Positions 49,175 through 62,364 of a stretch of DNA of 64,000 nt are shown in pieces. Position 1 is the stretch's first letter. Each line of letters opens with the position of its first letter. The notes under the pieces are model-generated. The model did not search any database. It was not told the DNA's origin and saw only the letters and a program-made list of their open reading frames with translations. This DNA comes from the human T2T-CHM13v2.0 reference genome, Homo sapiens, in NCBI RefSeq assembly GCF_009914755.1, contig NC_060939.1, one strand, 5' to 3'. The translations under genes and the position numbers were made by a program.

Positions 49175-49216
<42 letters not shown>
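49175..49216 (+). repeat. (TG)21 microsatellite
   Basis: Direct read. Confidence 0.96.
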
Positions 49217-49220
<4 letters not shown>

Positions 49221-50011
49221 GAGAGCTTGGGTTTGGAATGGAAATCATTGGATTTTCAGCACTTATATTTTAATTGACTCCTGGATTTTCAGCACTTGTA
49301 TTTTAATGTCTTGTATTCTCTCTAAAGAACGTTAAGTGTCAGTTGACTTCACTTTGGGGGTGTTCCTGTCATTCACAGCAATTCCGTGTTTACAGGGGGC
49401 TGTGGGATGCATAGGAGCTCCCATGGTACTAGTGGGTGTTGGGAGAGTTCACCCCTAAGGCCAGGAGGCTCTGGACCCTGGGTCTGGGCTTTAGGCCAAA
49501 GCAAAGTGTTTCTTTGGTCTTTAGCAGGGCCTGGGCTTGTCCCACAACAGTGGTGAAGGCACCTCAGGGATTGACGTGGGCTGTGCAGAGCGTGTGACAT
49601 GCTGCGTCTTATTGTGACAAATGGCATCGCTAGCCAAGTTCTTGTCAAAGAAGATTATCTTTAGAGCGTGGTGGGGAGTAAGCAAGACCTGATATTTTCT
49701 GGTTTTGTGCTTCATGCTAACCAGATGGTAATTTGGGTAAAAACACAGAGATCTTGCGATTGGAGAGCTGGGAGGTAAATGAGTGGGAATGAATGGATGG
49801 ATGGGTGATAGTAGCTGTTTAAAAGGGCAGGTGGAGGTAGGGGAAGTCCCCAGCCATTGTGGAGGATCAAGAGGATGTCTGTTCTTCCCAGAAGAGGCAT
49901 TGAATGAAAAAGTATGTCACTTCTCCCCCTAAGGAGAATGTGTCCTTGAAGGACATGCTCTTGTCTGAGACACTGGAAAAGTTCATTTAAACTGGTTAAT
50001 GATTGTATAGC

Positions 50012-50147
50012 TTTTGTTTTGTTTTGTTTTTCCCTCCCTCCCTCCTTTCTGTCCTTTCCTCCTTTCCTCCCTTCCTCCCTTCCTCCCTCCCTCCCTCCCT
50101 CCCTCCCTCCCTCCCTCCCTCCCTTCCTTCTCTCCCTCCCTCCCTCC

Positions 50148-50193
<46 letters not shown>

Positions 50194-50194
50194 C
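50012..50194 (+). repeat. Compound (TTTTG)n-(CCCT)n-(CT)n-(CTTT)n tract
   Basis: About 165 nt of almost pure pyrimidine after the TTTTG repeats. Confidence 0.93.
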
Positions 50195-51600
50195 TATCAG
50201 TTCACAAATTAATTCTGTCAAGGGGAACACCTGCTAGTTCCAGAGTTCCAGGCTGACAAGTACCCTGGTGCCAGGGGCCCTGACTACTCTTTCTGAAGAC
50301 TCTACCAGGCCCGCTGCACGTGGGCAGGGTCTCCACATTCTTAGATTTGAGTACCCCATTCCAGATGAGGACCTCTTTGAAACCTGACCAGAAAGAGCCG
50401 TAGAATTCATCTTGAAAGCAAGATTTTTTATGAAGGATGTGCACTGGGAGATTTGGTGCTGCCTTGCTTGAAATAACAACCTGCTTTCCTAAGAACAATC
50501 CCCTTCCTCCCCTGGGGGACAGCCAGGCCGTGCCAGGAGCCAACAAAGGCCTGGCCTCAAGCAGGTGCACAGGGTGCCATGTGTCCCATGCTCACCTCTC
50601 TGATCCCAGTGCTGTCCACATAGTGTAGTGATCCCTATGGTTGAGGCTGCAGTAAAAAAAAAATCTGAAGGGAGAAATGGGCAATATTGGTCACTTAGAT
50701 GCTGTAGACTCCTGTTTTTAACCCTAACCCAGCAGCATTGGCATTACTGGGGAGCCCCGCCCCCACATTGCTGAATCTGAAATCTGCATTTCAACAAGAT
50801 GCCACATTCCAGCTGTGATGCTGTAGGAGACTCACTTGGAGGAAATTGTGTAGCAACCCTCCCCTCTCTTCTACTCATTTTACAGCTTGAAAAAGTGTGT
50901 CCTGGATATTTTGAAGAGGACTGAATAGCATTTAGTCATTGCACGAATGGCAATAGTAAAATAGAGTTAGAAAAAATGGGAAGATGAAAAATGTATTCTC
51001 CATGGTCCCTACTACCCTAACGGATGAGCTATTTCATCAGTGTGCCTTTTCAGACCATAGCATTGAGCATAAATGATGTACGTAGCTGTCATCATAACCC
51101 AGATGTATTTTTGTCATACAGTTTTTAAAATCTGATGTATGATAAATGTTTCTCCATGTCACCATATAATTTTCATGATTATTTGTAGTGACCTTTCCAT
51201 GATCCATTTGGGCGATGATGTGCTGTATAACATATTTCTCTGTACACACTCTACCATTGAGCATGCAGATTGTGAGTGGCATTTTCTCTTAGGTGTAAGG
51301 CTGCCACAGACATCTTTGTACAAACCATGTTTTCCTTCTTTGGTTTATTACCTGAGGATAAATCCCCATGCCGTACATCAACGTTGACCATTTCCCCTCG
51401 ATGACCTTGCCTAATTGTTTCCCTTCTTCTGTGGATGTTGGATGCATGCCCTTTATCTTTTGGGGTTTGGATGCATTTCCATCTCATAGAAGCACTCTCT
51501 ACACTGTAGGTGTGACTTCCTGTTGCGTATGTCCTCATCTTTAGTACATTTTCTTTTGAATTTTGGTTATATTATTTTCACCATCTCTGCAGCATTTTTA

Positions 51601-52062
<462 letters not shown>

Positions 52063-52469
52063 CTAAGAAGTAGGTTGTGTGGCCTTTGGAGCCCTCCTGA
52101 GCTGTAGGATGCCATGCATTTTGAAAAGGCTCCAGTTTGCAGGGAGCCCTCCCACCTGTGCCACTCTGCTGAGACCAAGAGGTCTGCCCGGGGGCTGGGA
52201 TATGAGAGGCACAAAGGTGATAGAGTTTCTAAAATTGTAGGAAGACAGGTTGGGGAACAGAGATCTACACTTGAATTATTTTAGTAAAATAAAAAAAGGT
52301 TATTTCAAAGCACTGCAAGTTTACTGAGGAAAATTTGGAAAATACAGGCAAAAAAATCTTTTGCCATGTGGCATTGTAGAATTCCACTGTAGAGTTTTCA
52401 AATCAAAGAGACAAACCTAGGTCAGGATTTCCCAAAACACGCTCTTAGAGGTGTTGTGTAAACAAAGTA

Positions 52470-53320
52470 CCATTTGATCCTTACTATTCATGGATTTGAT
52501 ATTTGCAACTTTGTTAACTTGCTAAAATTGATTTGTAACCCTGAAATCAATACTCGTAGCACTTTCCCAGTCATTTGTGGAGGTACAGAGAGGGGAAGAA
52601 TTTGAGTCACCCAACTCTCACGTTCCCAGCTGAGGTTGAACAAGGCTTTGCCTTCTTGTTTCAGCTCTCATACTGTAAACAGCTGTTCTTTTCACAATCT
52701 ATTTAATGTTCTTTGCATTTTTGTTGATATGTGTGTGTGTGTGTGTGTGTTGGTGATAAAATGGCCCTCAAGTGTGGTGCTGAAGCCTAGTGATCCTAAG
52801 CACAGAATGGCTGCCATGTGCCTTACATGTGCTAGAGAAGCTTCCTTCAGGGCTGAGCGACAGTGCTGACTCGTCTATGCTGCCACTCTGGGAGGTGCTA
52901 AAGTAAACTTCTGTAGCGTATGATGAAGTTAAGGAAAAGGTGGAGGAATGGCTAAATTTGCAGATTCATGGGACAATAACTGATTAAAAAACACATAGTG
53001 GACAGGTAGAAAACCCAAGAACTTTACTGTCTTGTGATCTAGGGTCAGGGAAATGTTAAACTCTTCTCAGCTAGTGTTTTATGTTAAAGAAATATTGCAT
53101 ATAATTAATTATTTATAAGAAATCTATATTAAACAAGGTGCGTATAAACAGAAACACACATAAAACAAGGTTCTGTGTTGATTCATTGACAAAAATGTGT
53201 CCCGAGGCTCATAGGAACCTAACCCTGTATCGCCCCTAGGAGCAATGTATTCAGTATTCATCAACTCAGTGCTCAGGGCAGCTTTACAGAACATAACTAT
53301 GTGAATGAGAATTGGTTGTA
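52470..53320. mobile_element. Tigger-family DNA transposon (MER82/Tigger6-like)
   Basis: cttgctaaaattgatttgtaaccctgaaatcaatactc...gttcccagctgaggttgaacaagg...ggaacctaaccctgtat...ctttacagaacataact. Confidence 0.78.
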
Positions 53321-56300
53321 TTTGGTTGGCAAATGACTTTGGGAAACTTTGCTGCAAAGTTTTTCCCTTCTTGGGGGTTTACTGATTTCTCACACACAAG
53401 TAGCATAAAGTCCCACGTTCGCTATAGCGGAGACACCAGCCAGCCTGGCCAGTGCTTCCCAAACATGGTGTATCAGCAAGCCCTTTTCCCTCCATGCAGG
53501 GTCTGTGGGAGAATACAGACCCAAGCTTTACACCCTGGGGAGTAAAGGACCCGTACACATGAACTCCCAAGGCCTCTCCCTGTATGCTTCAGTTCCAAGA
53601 TGATTCAGCAACCCCAAATGGTGATGATGGAAAGGTTGTCATTGTGTTATCATCAGGACCCTTGGCTTCTGCAGATTTAACCTTTCTTATTTTGTGGTTT
53701 GTGTAAAGTCCGTGGGTGCCGGTGGAGGTGGCAGCAGTGTTGGCGGTGACTGCCAGCACCATGTTAGGGGTGTTAGGAATATGATCGCAGTAAATCCTAG
53801 AGCAACCCAGAGAGAGGGAGCTAGGGTTAGTCCCGTGTTGCAGATGGCACAGTTAAGTAGCTCACCTGTGAATAGACTGTGGACTGTGTTATGCCAAAAC
53901 CCGTGCCTCTGAACAGTGCATAACACAGCCCTTGAAGAACCTGAGAAGAGAAAGCGTCCAGTTCTGTTCAGTCCGCGTTTGAGCCTGCCTGCTGGAGGGT
54001 GAGTCAGTGTGGGGGAACTGTGCAGTGTTCCTCCTGGAGAGTGATGGTCTCTTCTCCTCTGTTGTCTGTTTCCTTGCTGTTGAAAGGCTTGGCGTGCCCT
54101 GTTGTTCTCAGTGAGTGGGATACGGTGCCAGTGAGGTGACCAGTAGATACGGAAGCCTCCGGTCTGTAAAATGTCCCCATCTCAGTGCTAACGTGTCCTA
54201 AGTTCACCAGGGCTCAGGCCACAGATCAAACAAGTCAAGTAAAGATTGTTCATGTGGCATTTTTCTTAATTTTTTTGAGCTTTGTTGACATAACGTATTG
54301 ATTTTTTTTTTCATGCAGTGATTAAGGAATACATGAGTTGGGTCCAGCAAGGCTCGTATTGTGTGACCTGATGGAATTAGTATTACTACACCTACCCATG
54401 TGGCCCTCTACTATCAGGCAGTGAAGCGTGAGTGGAGGGAGGACCCCAGCTGGGCACTGGTACCTGGCTCAGTCTCACAGCTCCAGGGATGAGCCTGTGG
54501 ACCTGGCACGTCCTTGGTGCCTTCCCTTGAAGAGAGTAGTTTGCTCATCAGTGCTTTCCCTGGGGCAACTCACCCACACTCCTGGGGGGCACCATAAGAG
54601 CGTTTGTCCAGCACCAAAGATCCTAGTTCTGTGGGTCTGTGGGGTGGCCCTGGATGGCATGTTCTCTGGATGCCTCTGGGTGGCCTGTGGAACATAAAGG
54701 GTTTGGCGAGGGCTGGACGGATTGTTTTGGAGCCCCATCCCACCTGTTACCTTGTGACGTCTATCAGGAGATACACTGAAAAGGTCAGCCCTGCCTGAAA
54801 TTCTCCCTGTAGAGACTTACTCCTTTGGACCTTGGAGATTTCTGGAGCTGCAGGCATTCCTTGTCCAGGACCTCCATGGCTACCGAGTTGAGGTATTTGA
54901 TTTACTCAGCAAGTGTAGAATAGCTCCACACCTTGGAATGGCAAACCAAATATGCGTTTTGATTATTTGGGGTTTTCATGATTTCTGTTTATCCCTGACC
55001 CAGCTGGTGCTTTCTAGAAAGAGCCTTCTGCCAATAGAAAAAAGAAGAAAAATCAATACATGGTAGCCAACTTAATACAAGTTAAAGGGAAGCATGGTCG
55101 AGGGCCCCGAGGCCACATCGAATGCAGAATTGTGCATCATTGCTCATTGTAGAGATGCTTTGGCCGTGACTTGGCATTCAGTAGAGGCTTGCTTTTTGAA
55201 GAACCTTCTGAGAGTGTGATAGGAGTCTGGTGCCAAGGGAGAGAAGGTGCTAAAAGCACAGGTAACTGGGTGTGTCCCCCAGGTGGGAGGCAGTGGTACC
55301 GTGTGTGTTCTGAGCCACGGCCTCACACACATGCCCCGCTGGGCAGCATATGAAGTGAGTGTCAGTATCTGCTTTACAGAAGAGGACTGAGACAAGAGTG
55401 GCATGGGGTTGTTGGCACCCAGGCGCCCCCCCTCCATCAGCGTGTGGTGGGGCAGCAGGTGTGCAGATGGGGTGGTCCTGCACAGAGGGGCTTTGGGGCT
55501 TGCACTGCGCCCAGGAGGGAGTGGTCTGGGGTTTGTCTAAACCTGGCCCACAGTAGGATGGAACTTGGGAAAGAGCCTGTAGGTGGTGCTGAGGGCAGGG
55601 GGTTATGGGGGGCATTGGGGCATGGTCTGCCTGGGAAGGGGAAGGTCCTCTCCAGCCCCCAGGCCTCAGTGGAGTAGTCGGCTCCCTCCTTTCTGCAGCC
55701 ATGCCTCAGATTCTAGTGTCCCTTGCCCCGCCCACCCATGGCGTCAGGCCTAGCACTCCTGCTCTGCATACGGGGAGGCTGCACGGGAGGGTTCTTGGGG
55801 TGCTCCTGTGTCCCCTGTCGTCTGTACTGAACCCCTTCCCGTGCAGCTCTGCTCCCAGCACTGTGACAGGGTGGACACCGCACCTCCTGCTACTGATTCC
55901 CAGGATTGCCTTGAAAAATAAAATCCTACGGGTGTGCATTGACGTTTCAATCCTGGCTGGCTCCGCATGAGCTTCTGAACTTGATGTTCAGAAGCTCAGG
56001 GCCCATTTGCTGAGTCAGCACAGCTGCCTTCTTTGATTTGTATGAAGCCTTTTGATGTTTTGATGACATGTCACCATGGGTGGCTGTTATTTTCAGGGAG
56101 CAGTTTATCTATCAGGATCTGGGATTGCTTCGGGTACTTTTAAAATCTAGGTAAAGCCGGGGTTTCTAAAACATTGTTCTAAAACATTGTCAGGGCAGAG
56201 CATGTAAAGCTCTCCCACTACCACTAATAGTGATCTAAAAAGTGCCTCTCCCCTCAAACACACCCTAGTCCTCGGGGAGAAAGCAGAGTGCGGTGGTTAG

Positions 56301-56413
56301 GAATGCTGGAGCCACAGTCAGGAAGCCGGCATCCCACCCGGCTGCAGCAGCTTGGGGCCCGGGAACATTCTGGATGGGCCACCTGTGCCAGCAGCCCCCC
56401 ATCTCGTGGGGCT

Positions 56414-57207
56414 GTGGGGAGGGGAGTTGATCTGGGTCAGTGTCTGTATGGGTGGGGAGGGGAGTTGATCTGGTCAGTGTCTGTATGGGTGGGGAGGGGA
56501 GTTGATCTGGGTCAGTGTCTGTATGGGTGGGGAGGGGAGTTGATCTGGTCAGTGTCTGTATGGGTGGGGAGGGGAGTTGATCTGGTCAGTGTCTGTATGG
56601 GTGGTGCGGGGAGTTGATCTCGGTCAGTGTCTGTATGGGTGGGGAGGGGAGTTGATCTGGTCAGTGTCTGTATGGGTGGTGCGGGGAGTTGATCTGGTCA
56701 GTGTCTGTATGGGTGGGGAGGGGAGTTGATCTGGGTCAGTGTCTGTATGGGTAGGGAGGGAAGTTGATCTGGTCAGTGTCTGTATGGGTGGGGAGGGGAG
56801 TTGATCTGGTCAGTGTCTGTATGGGTGATGCGGGGAGTTGATCTGGTCAGTGTCTGTATGGGTGGTGCAGGGAGTTGATCTGGTCAGTGTCTGTATGGGT
56901 GGTGCGGGGAGTTGATCTGGTCAGTGTCTGTATGGGTGGGGAGGGGAGTTGATCTGGTCAGTGTCTGTATGGGTGGGGAGGGGAGTTGATCTGGGTCAGT
57001 GTCTGTATGGGTTGGGAGGGAAGTTGATCTGGTCAGTGTCTGTATGGGTGGTGCGGGGAGTTGATCTGGTCAGTGTCTGTATGGGTGGGGAGGGGAGTTG
57101 ATCTGGTCAGTGTCTGTATGGGTGGTGCGGGGAGTTGATCTGGTCAGTGTCTGTATGGGTGGGGAGGGGAGTTGATCTGGGTCAGTGTCTGTATGGATGG
57201 TGCGGGG
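56414..57207 (+). repeat. G-rich minisatellite/VNTR, 21 copies of a 37/38-bp unit GGGTGGGGAGGGGAGTTGATCTG(G)GTCAGTGTCTGTAT
   Basis: Core agttgatct counted 21 times, from 56425 to 57170, at 37-38 nt spacing. Confidence 0.97.
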
Positions 57208-58519
57208 CATGGAGTGCTTGTGCAGATGATGATGATGATGATGAGTTTTCAGTCCATGGGAAGCTCATCGGGTCTGGGGGAGGTGGGTGGGCAAGTCCCT
57301 GCACCCAGTTTGGGTACAGGCCATGCTGGGCAGGGGTGAGGACACTAGTGGACCTGTCCTCGGGAGTGACACAAAGGAGGTGGTGAGCCCTGCTTGTGAG
57401 ATAGGATGAGAGGAGGACCAGGACTGGTCAGGGCCACACTGGAGCTGCTGGGGGTGAGGTCGGGTAAGGGCCTCCCAAGGTGCCCCCACGCTGTCCCCTC
57501 TGCAGGGCCCTCCTGAATGTGGCTTGTGCCCTGCTGGAGAAGTTCTCACATGCCTCTTTCTACTCCAGAGTCACTGATTTGGGAGATGGGGCAACAGCTG
57601 CACAGCCCCAAGGGCTGCCCTGATTTTCTCACACCGAATATCTAATAGGAAGTTAGCTGAGAAGCCCACACACCTCTTCTTCCAGGTAGGCAAGCTGGGC
57701 CTGGGACTACCTGTCTCTCACCGACTCCAAATGATAGCCAAGCCTCTCTTAACCTTGGGCACCTTTTTTCCAGTTTCCACCCCGAATTCACACTCTTCAA
57801 AGCCAGCTCCTCCTGCTGGGCTGCTCCTGATGTGGGGGGCCGGCCCTCCCTGCAAATCTCTGGCATGGCCCTTGCAAATTGGCACCTGCCACGTGGTTGG
57901 CACTGGGACTGCAAAGGTGAAAGTGGCATTATCCTGCATTTGAAACTCATTCTAGAGGGAGACGGATACATGAGACTCTCCCCGCCCCCATCCAGGTGTG
58001 GCCAGGCTCCAGACGAGTTCCAGGCAGGCTTCCAGGACAGGCTCCAGAGTTAGGGACAGGCGGAGAGGCTCTGTGACTTTGAGAGGGGCTTTGGGAAGTC
58101 AGCCGACAAGGTGGGGATGAACATAGAGGTGTGTGGGTGTCCTCAGCATGGAAGGGGCTGGAATCGTGATGTGGCTTTGAGCCTGAAACAAGACAAAGGG
58201 AAGGCGAGGGACATGGGTTGGGGGATGGTGATGAGAGAGAGACAGAGGGTTCCACTGGGGGCATGGAGGGGAGCCAGGAGAGAACTGGGGAGCTGAGGGG
58301 AGGGACATTAGGAAGGCCAGATGTAGCAGGGCAGTTAGGAGATATCTTACTGGGGAAGAAAGCACCCGTTGGCGGTGGCCACCTGTTGGCGGGGTCCCCT
58401 GAGCCTGAGCAGCTCTGGTGGATTGGGAAGGCAGAGGCATGGGAATGGTAGATGGACAGTGTCTATAGAGACTTGCACGGAGGGCCCAAGGAGGTGCCAG
58501 CAAGCCGAGGTGCTCATAG

Positions 58520-58541
58520 TGTGTGTGTGTGTGTGTGTGTG
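58520..58541 (+). repeat. (TG)11 microsatellite
   Basis: Direct read. Confidence 0.9.
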
Positions 58542-59869
58542 CACGCACGCTTGTATGTGAGATATTGACTTGCATTGTACTCATCTGCCGGTGGGGTGTC
58601 TAGGGCAGATTGTGGGGAGTGAGAGCATTGGGTATGGGACCCAGGCTGTCCACGTGCGTCTGCTTCTTGAGGCCCCGTACCTCCCGTTCTTGGGCCTCCG
58701 TGACACCTGGCATCATGCCTCTCTTGCACCAGAGGCTTGAGAGACACCCAGTTGGCAAAATCAGTTAGTCTGTGACATTCCCTAGGAAGTGCAGGGCTCG
58801 GTGCAAGAAGTTATAGAAGTATCTGTTTAGGAAGAAAGATCGCATGGCTGAACACGCTGAGATGCGTAATGTCACCCATGGTGTGCTTGCCCAAGATGTG
58901 ATAGCGTGGTGATGGCAGACATGGGAGTTTTACCCCAAAGCATTCAGATCACAACCAGTGCCAGTCAGTTACTATGAAGACATGTGACTATGGTAATAGG
59001 GGGCTGACCTATTAGAATAACTCCTAATCCTATGTCAGATAATACCATGGGCAGCTCAAGAAAACTACGCACAACTCAGACATGTGGAGAAAGGAGATGT
59101 GGAATGGAATGGAGCCCTCTGGGCTGATAGAGGCCTCCAGGACTTGCCACACCCACGTCTGCCCCCAATTCCCCAGTCAGCCTTCACAGAAGAGAAGTTG
59201 GTCTCTCTCCAGCTGAGACCAAGCCAAGACCCAAAGTGCTGGAGCTGAAGGAAGTTTGGGCTAGGCTCACAGAAGCTATTGTCCCCTCCTCCAGTGTCAA
59301 CAGCTACCCATGGTCCAGGCCTCCATCTGGTCCTGGTCCTTTTAAGAGACACTGGGTGCTGACTCACTTCTGGGTCTGTCCCACGGGTGGCCTGCCTGGT
59401 CTGCTGTGGGTGCAGCCAGACTGTGCAGGTTCGGGAGCCCGAGGTGGACTTCAGGTAGGGAGACGCTGCTCCCCAAGAGCTGCTCGGGTGTGACGTCAGG
59501 GTGGAGGCTGTTGCTGTGTGTGGCGGCATCAGTCATTTACCCTCTTTCTCATTAGCCCCTGTCCTTCGGCCCATGTGCTTGCAGGTGGCCTCTGATTCTG
59601 CTTCTGGAGACTGTCTGCCCCCTCTGATTCATTCATTGCGGCCCCAGTTATGTGAAAGATAGCATGTTCATTATTCATTCATTGGGCCCCACTTTTAGAT
59701 ATACTTGTGTTCATCTTCGAGAGAGGGAGGTCATCCAGCCATTCCCCAGTCCTCAAAACCCACTCCACAGGCAAAGCAGTGGTGGGTCAGGGCTCCTCTT
59801 GCTGCATTGCGGCCTTGTATTTGCTCTTCTGAGCCACAAGCATAGCGAGAAAGTACAAAAGAAAAGGAT

Positions 59870-60262
59870 TTCAATGGTATTCACCCTGAAAAAGGAAGAA
59901 AATTGTGACACAGGCTGCAATATGGACAAACCTTGAAGACGTCCTGCTAAGTGCAATGAGCCAGTCACAAAAGGACAAGTACTGTGTGATTCTACTTCTG
60001 AGGCACCCACAGTAGTCAGAGTCATAGAAACAGGAAGTAGAGTGGCGGTGGTCAGGGGCTGGAGAGAGCAGGGAGTGGGGAGCTGGTGTTTAATGGGTGC
60101 AGAGGTTCAGTTGTGAAGATGGAAGCATTCTGGAGGTCATCGGTGGTGATGGTCGCTCAACAGTGTGAATGTACTTAATGCCACTGAATTGTACACTTAA
60201 AAATGGTTAAGATGGTAAATTGTATGTTATGTATACTTACCACAATAAAATAAATAAAGAAA
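59870..60262 (+). mobile_element. L1MB-like 3' end
   Basis: aaccttgaagacgtcctgctaagtg...gccagtcacaaaaggacaa...cacttaaaaatggttaagatggtaaatt...cacaataaaa. Confidence 0.87.
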
Positions 60263-60356
60263 AGAAGAGGTTTTTCAGTGAATAACTGGTTTGAACCAAT
60301 TTGGATCCTCTAAAACCAAGTTGAGCCAGTCTGAACCCATGTAGCCATTATCACAC

Positions 60357-60784
60357 CGTGTTAGGCTATTCTTGCATTGCTTTAAAGAAATACCTGGGGC
60401 TGGGTAATTTATAAGAAAAGAGGTTTAATTGGCTGACAGTTCTGCAGGCTGTAGAGGAAGCATAATACTAACATCTGCTTCTGGGGAGGCCTCAGGAAGC
60501 CTTCAATGGTGACAGAAGGCAGAGTGGGAGCCAGCACTTCACATGGTGAGAATGGGAGCAAGAGAGAGAGTGGGGGTTGGAGGGGGAAGCGCCACACACT
60601 TTTAAACAACCAGTTCTCTTGTGCACTCAAAGTAAAACCTCACTTACTACCAAGGGGATGGCCCACATCATTCATGAAAGATTCACCCCATGATCCAGAC
60701 ACCTCCTACCAGGCCCCACTTCCAGCATTGGGGATTGCATTTCAGTATGAGATTTGGGCAGGGACAAATATCCAAACTATATCA
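60357..60784 (-). mobile_element. MSTA-like MaLR solo LTR
   Basis: gcattgctttaaagaaatacctg...cagttctgcaggctgtagaggaagcat...gggacaaatatccaaactatatca. Confidence 0.88.
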
Positions 60785-62364
60785 CCCACAAAGAAGCAAA
60801 AACATTTTGGGCCAAATCAAAACTATTTAGATGTAGCCACAGTGGGGATGAACTGTGATTATACCCATTCAGGCCTGTGGACCTGTGGACCTGGCGTGTG
60901 TGGTCGTGAGGCGGTGGGTCGGCACATCCCTGGGAGGTTTCAGGAGGACATTCAAGACCAAAATGAGCCATGAGTAAATAACACAACCACATCCTGAGTG
61001 GGAGTAGGGGAGCCTCCCCTTCTCTCCTAGGTCTTGTATGGGTCATGATCCCGCCTTGGCAGGAGTGGAAGGAACAGATCCCACAGGCTGTGGCTTATGG
61101 TAAAGTGATTGTGGTCATGCCTTGTGAGTGTCATTAAAATAAACATATATCGTTAAATCCACCATCAAATAACAGCTATTTCTGCCATCCTCTCGCCTTT
61201 TCCACAAGTTTAAATATCCCAGATATTCTACTGTGTATATTCCTAAAAGCAGACAGGTAGATTTAGTAAAGTTAACTGGATCATTGGTACCTTCTTTATA
61301 GATCATCTGGTGAAACTTGTTTTTCAAATTATGAGTTGTAGGGCTTTGTTTTAATGTCTGTAGCCTTAGGCAGTTCCATTGAGACTAAGTTTTTTTCTTA
61401 TTAAGACTAATCTTATTGACTGGAACTGTGGACTCCTCGTATTAGGAGAACAGAGATGTGGCCTACATAAATTAGTGGAAGTTAAATACTGTAGAAAATG
61501 CTCTCTGGAAACCAAAGTCTAACATCGACTTACTACTGGTCATTCAATTTCCTTTTGGCTTGGGCACCATCGTTACATTCATTTTTCAGATGTCAAGCTA
61601 GTTTTCTCAGAATGTGTGCAGGGCTCGAGGCCAAGTGTGGAGGCCACAGGGGAGGTCACAGGTCAAGCCTTCTGGGAGAACTGCAAGCTTGAGCCTCTGA
61701 TAAAGTCACGCGATTGAATTTTAGCCCCAGTAGGTTGCTGTCGTTAAACTGTGCACACAGGGCTTCTTGCTTTTAAGTTAGCAGGATGGAAAAATTGCGG
61801 ATGTTTGCAGCAAATGTGTAGAACCAGTGGCAGAAGCAGCCATGCTGGCCCCTAAGCAATGGTATTAGAAAGGGTTGATGAAGATTTTCTCATTTGAGAG
61901 TTGAACAAAACCAAATGGAATTCTCCCTAGTTCCGCAGCACTGGTGGGTGACTCTCCCTGGGCCGGTCTCAGCCCTGCAGAAAGGGGCACTGTCTGCTTA
62001 GCTTGGTCAGCGCAGGGTCTACTGCAGCAGAGTGCCAGGTGGATCACAGCCCTCTTGTGGGGGAAGGATGGGCGGAGCTCCCACCTTCCCCACAAATGGA
62101 CACAGAATGGCACCTGGTATGTGAGGCAGGTGCAGGTGACCAGGAGAAGGGGCTGTCAGTGGTTGATGGACAGCTGCCTCTGCTGCCTGGATGACCCACC
62201 CCCTCCCCTGGACCATCTCCCACTTTGCCTGGGTGTCAGTCACTGGAGGGTTAGCTCAGTACAAGCTGGCGGATGACCTCCGTAGAGCTTAGGTGAAGGG
62301 GCTCTCACAGGGCAGTATGTTTGAGACCCTTAGAGGGCTCTCTTTACTCTTGCTTCTCCTATTA

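Noticed and set aside
49712-50256. ORFs rich in ER/GGRE or PSLP
   Set aside because: Translations of the pyrimidine microsatellite.
56288-57386. Repetitive ORFs and a CRISPR-like periodic array
   Set aside because: Head-to-tail minisatellite with no unique spacers, in eukaryotic DNA; the peptides just reflect the repeat.
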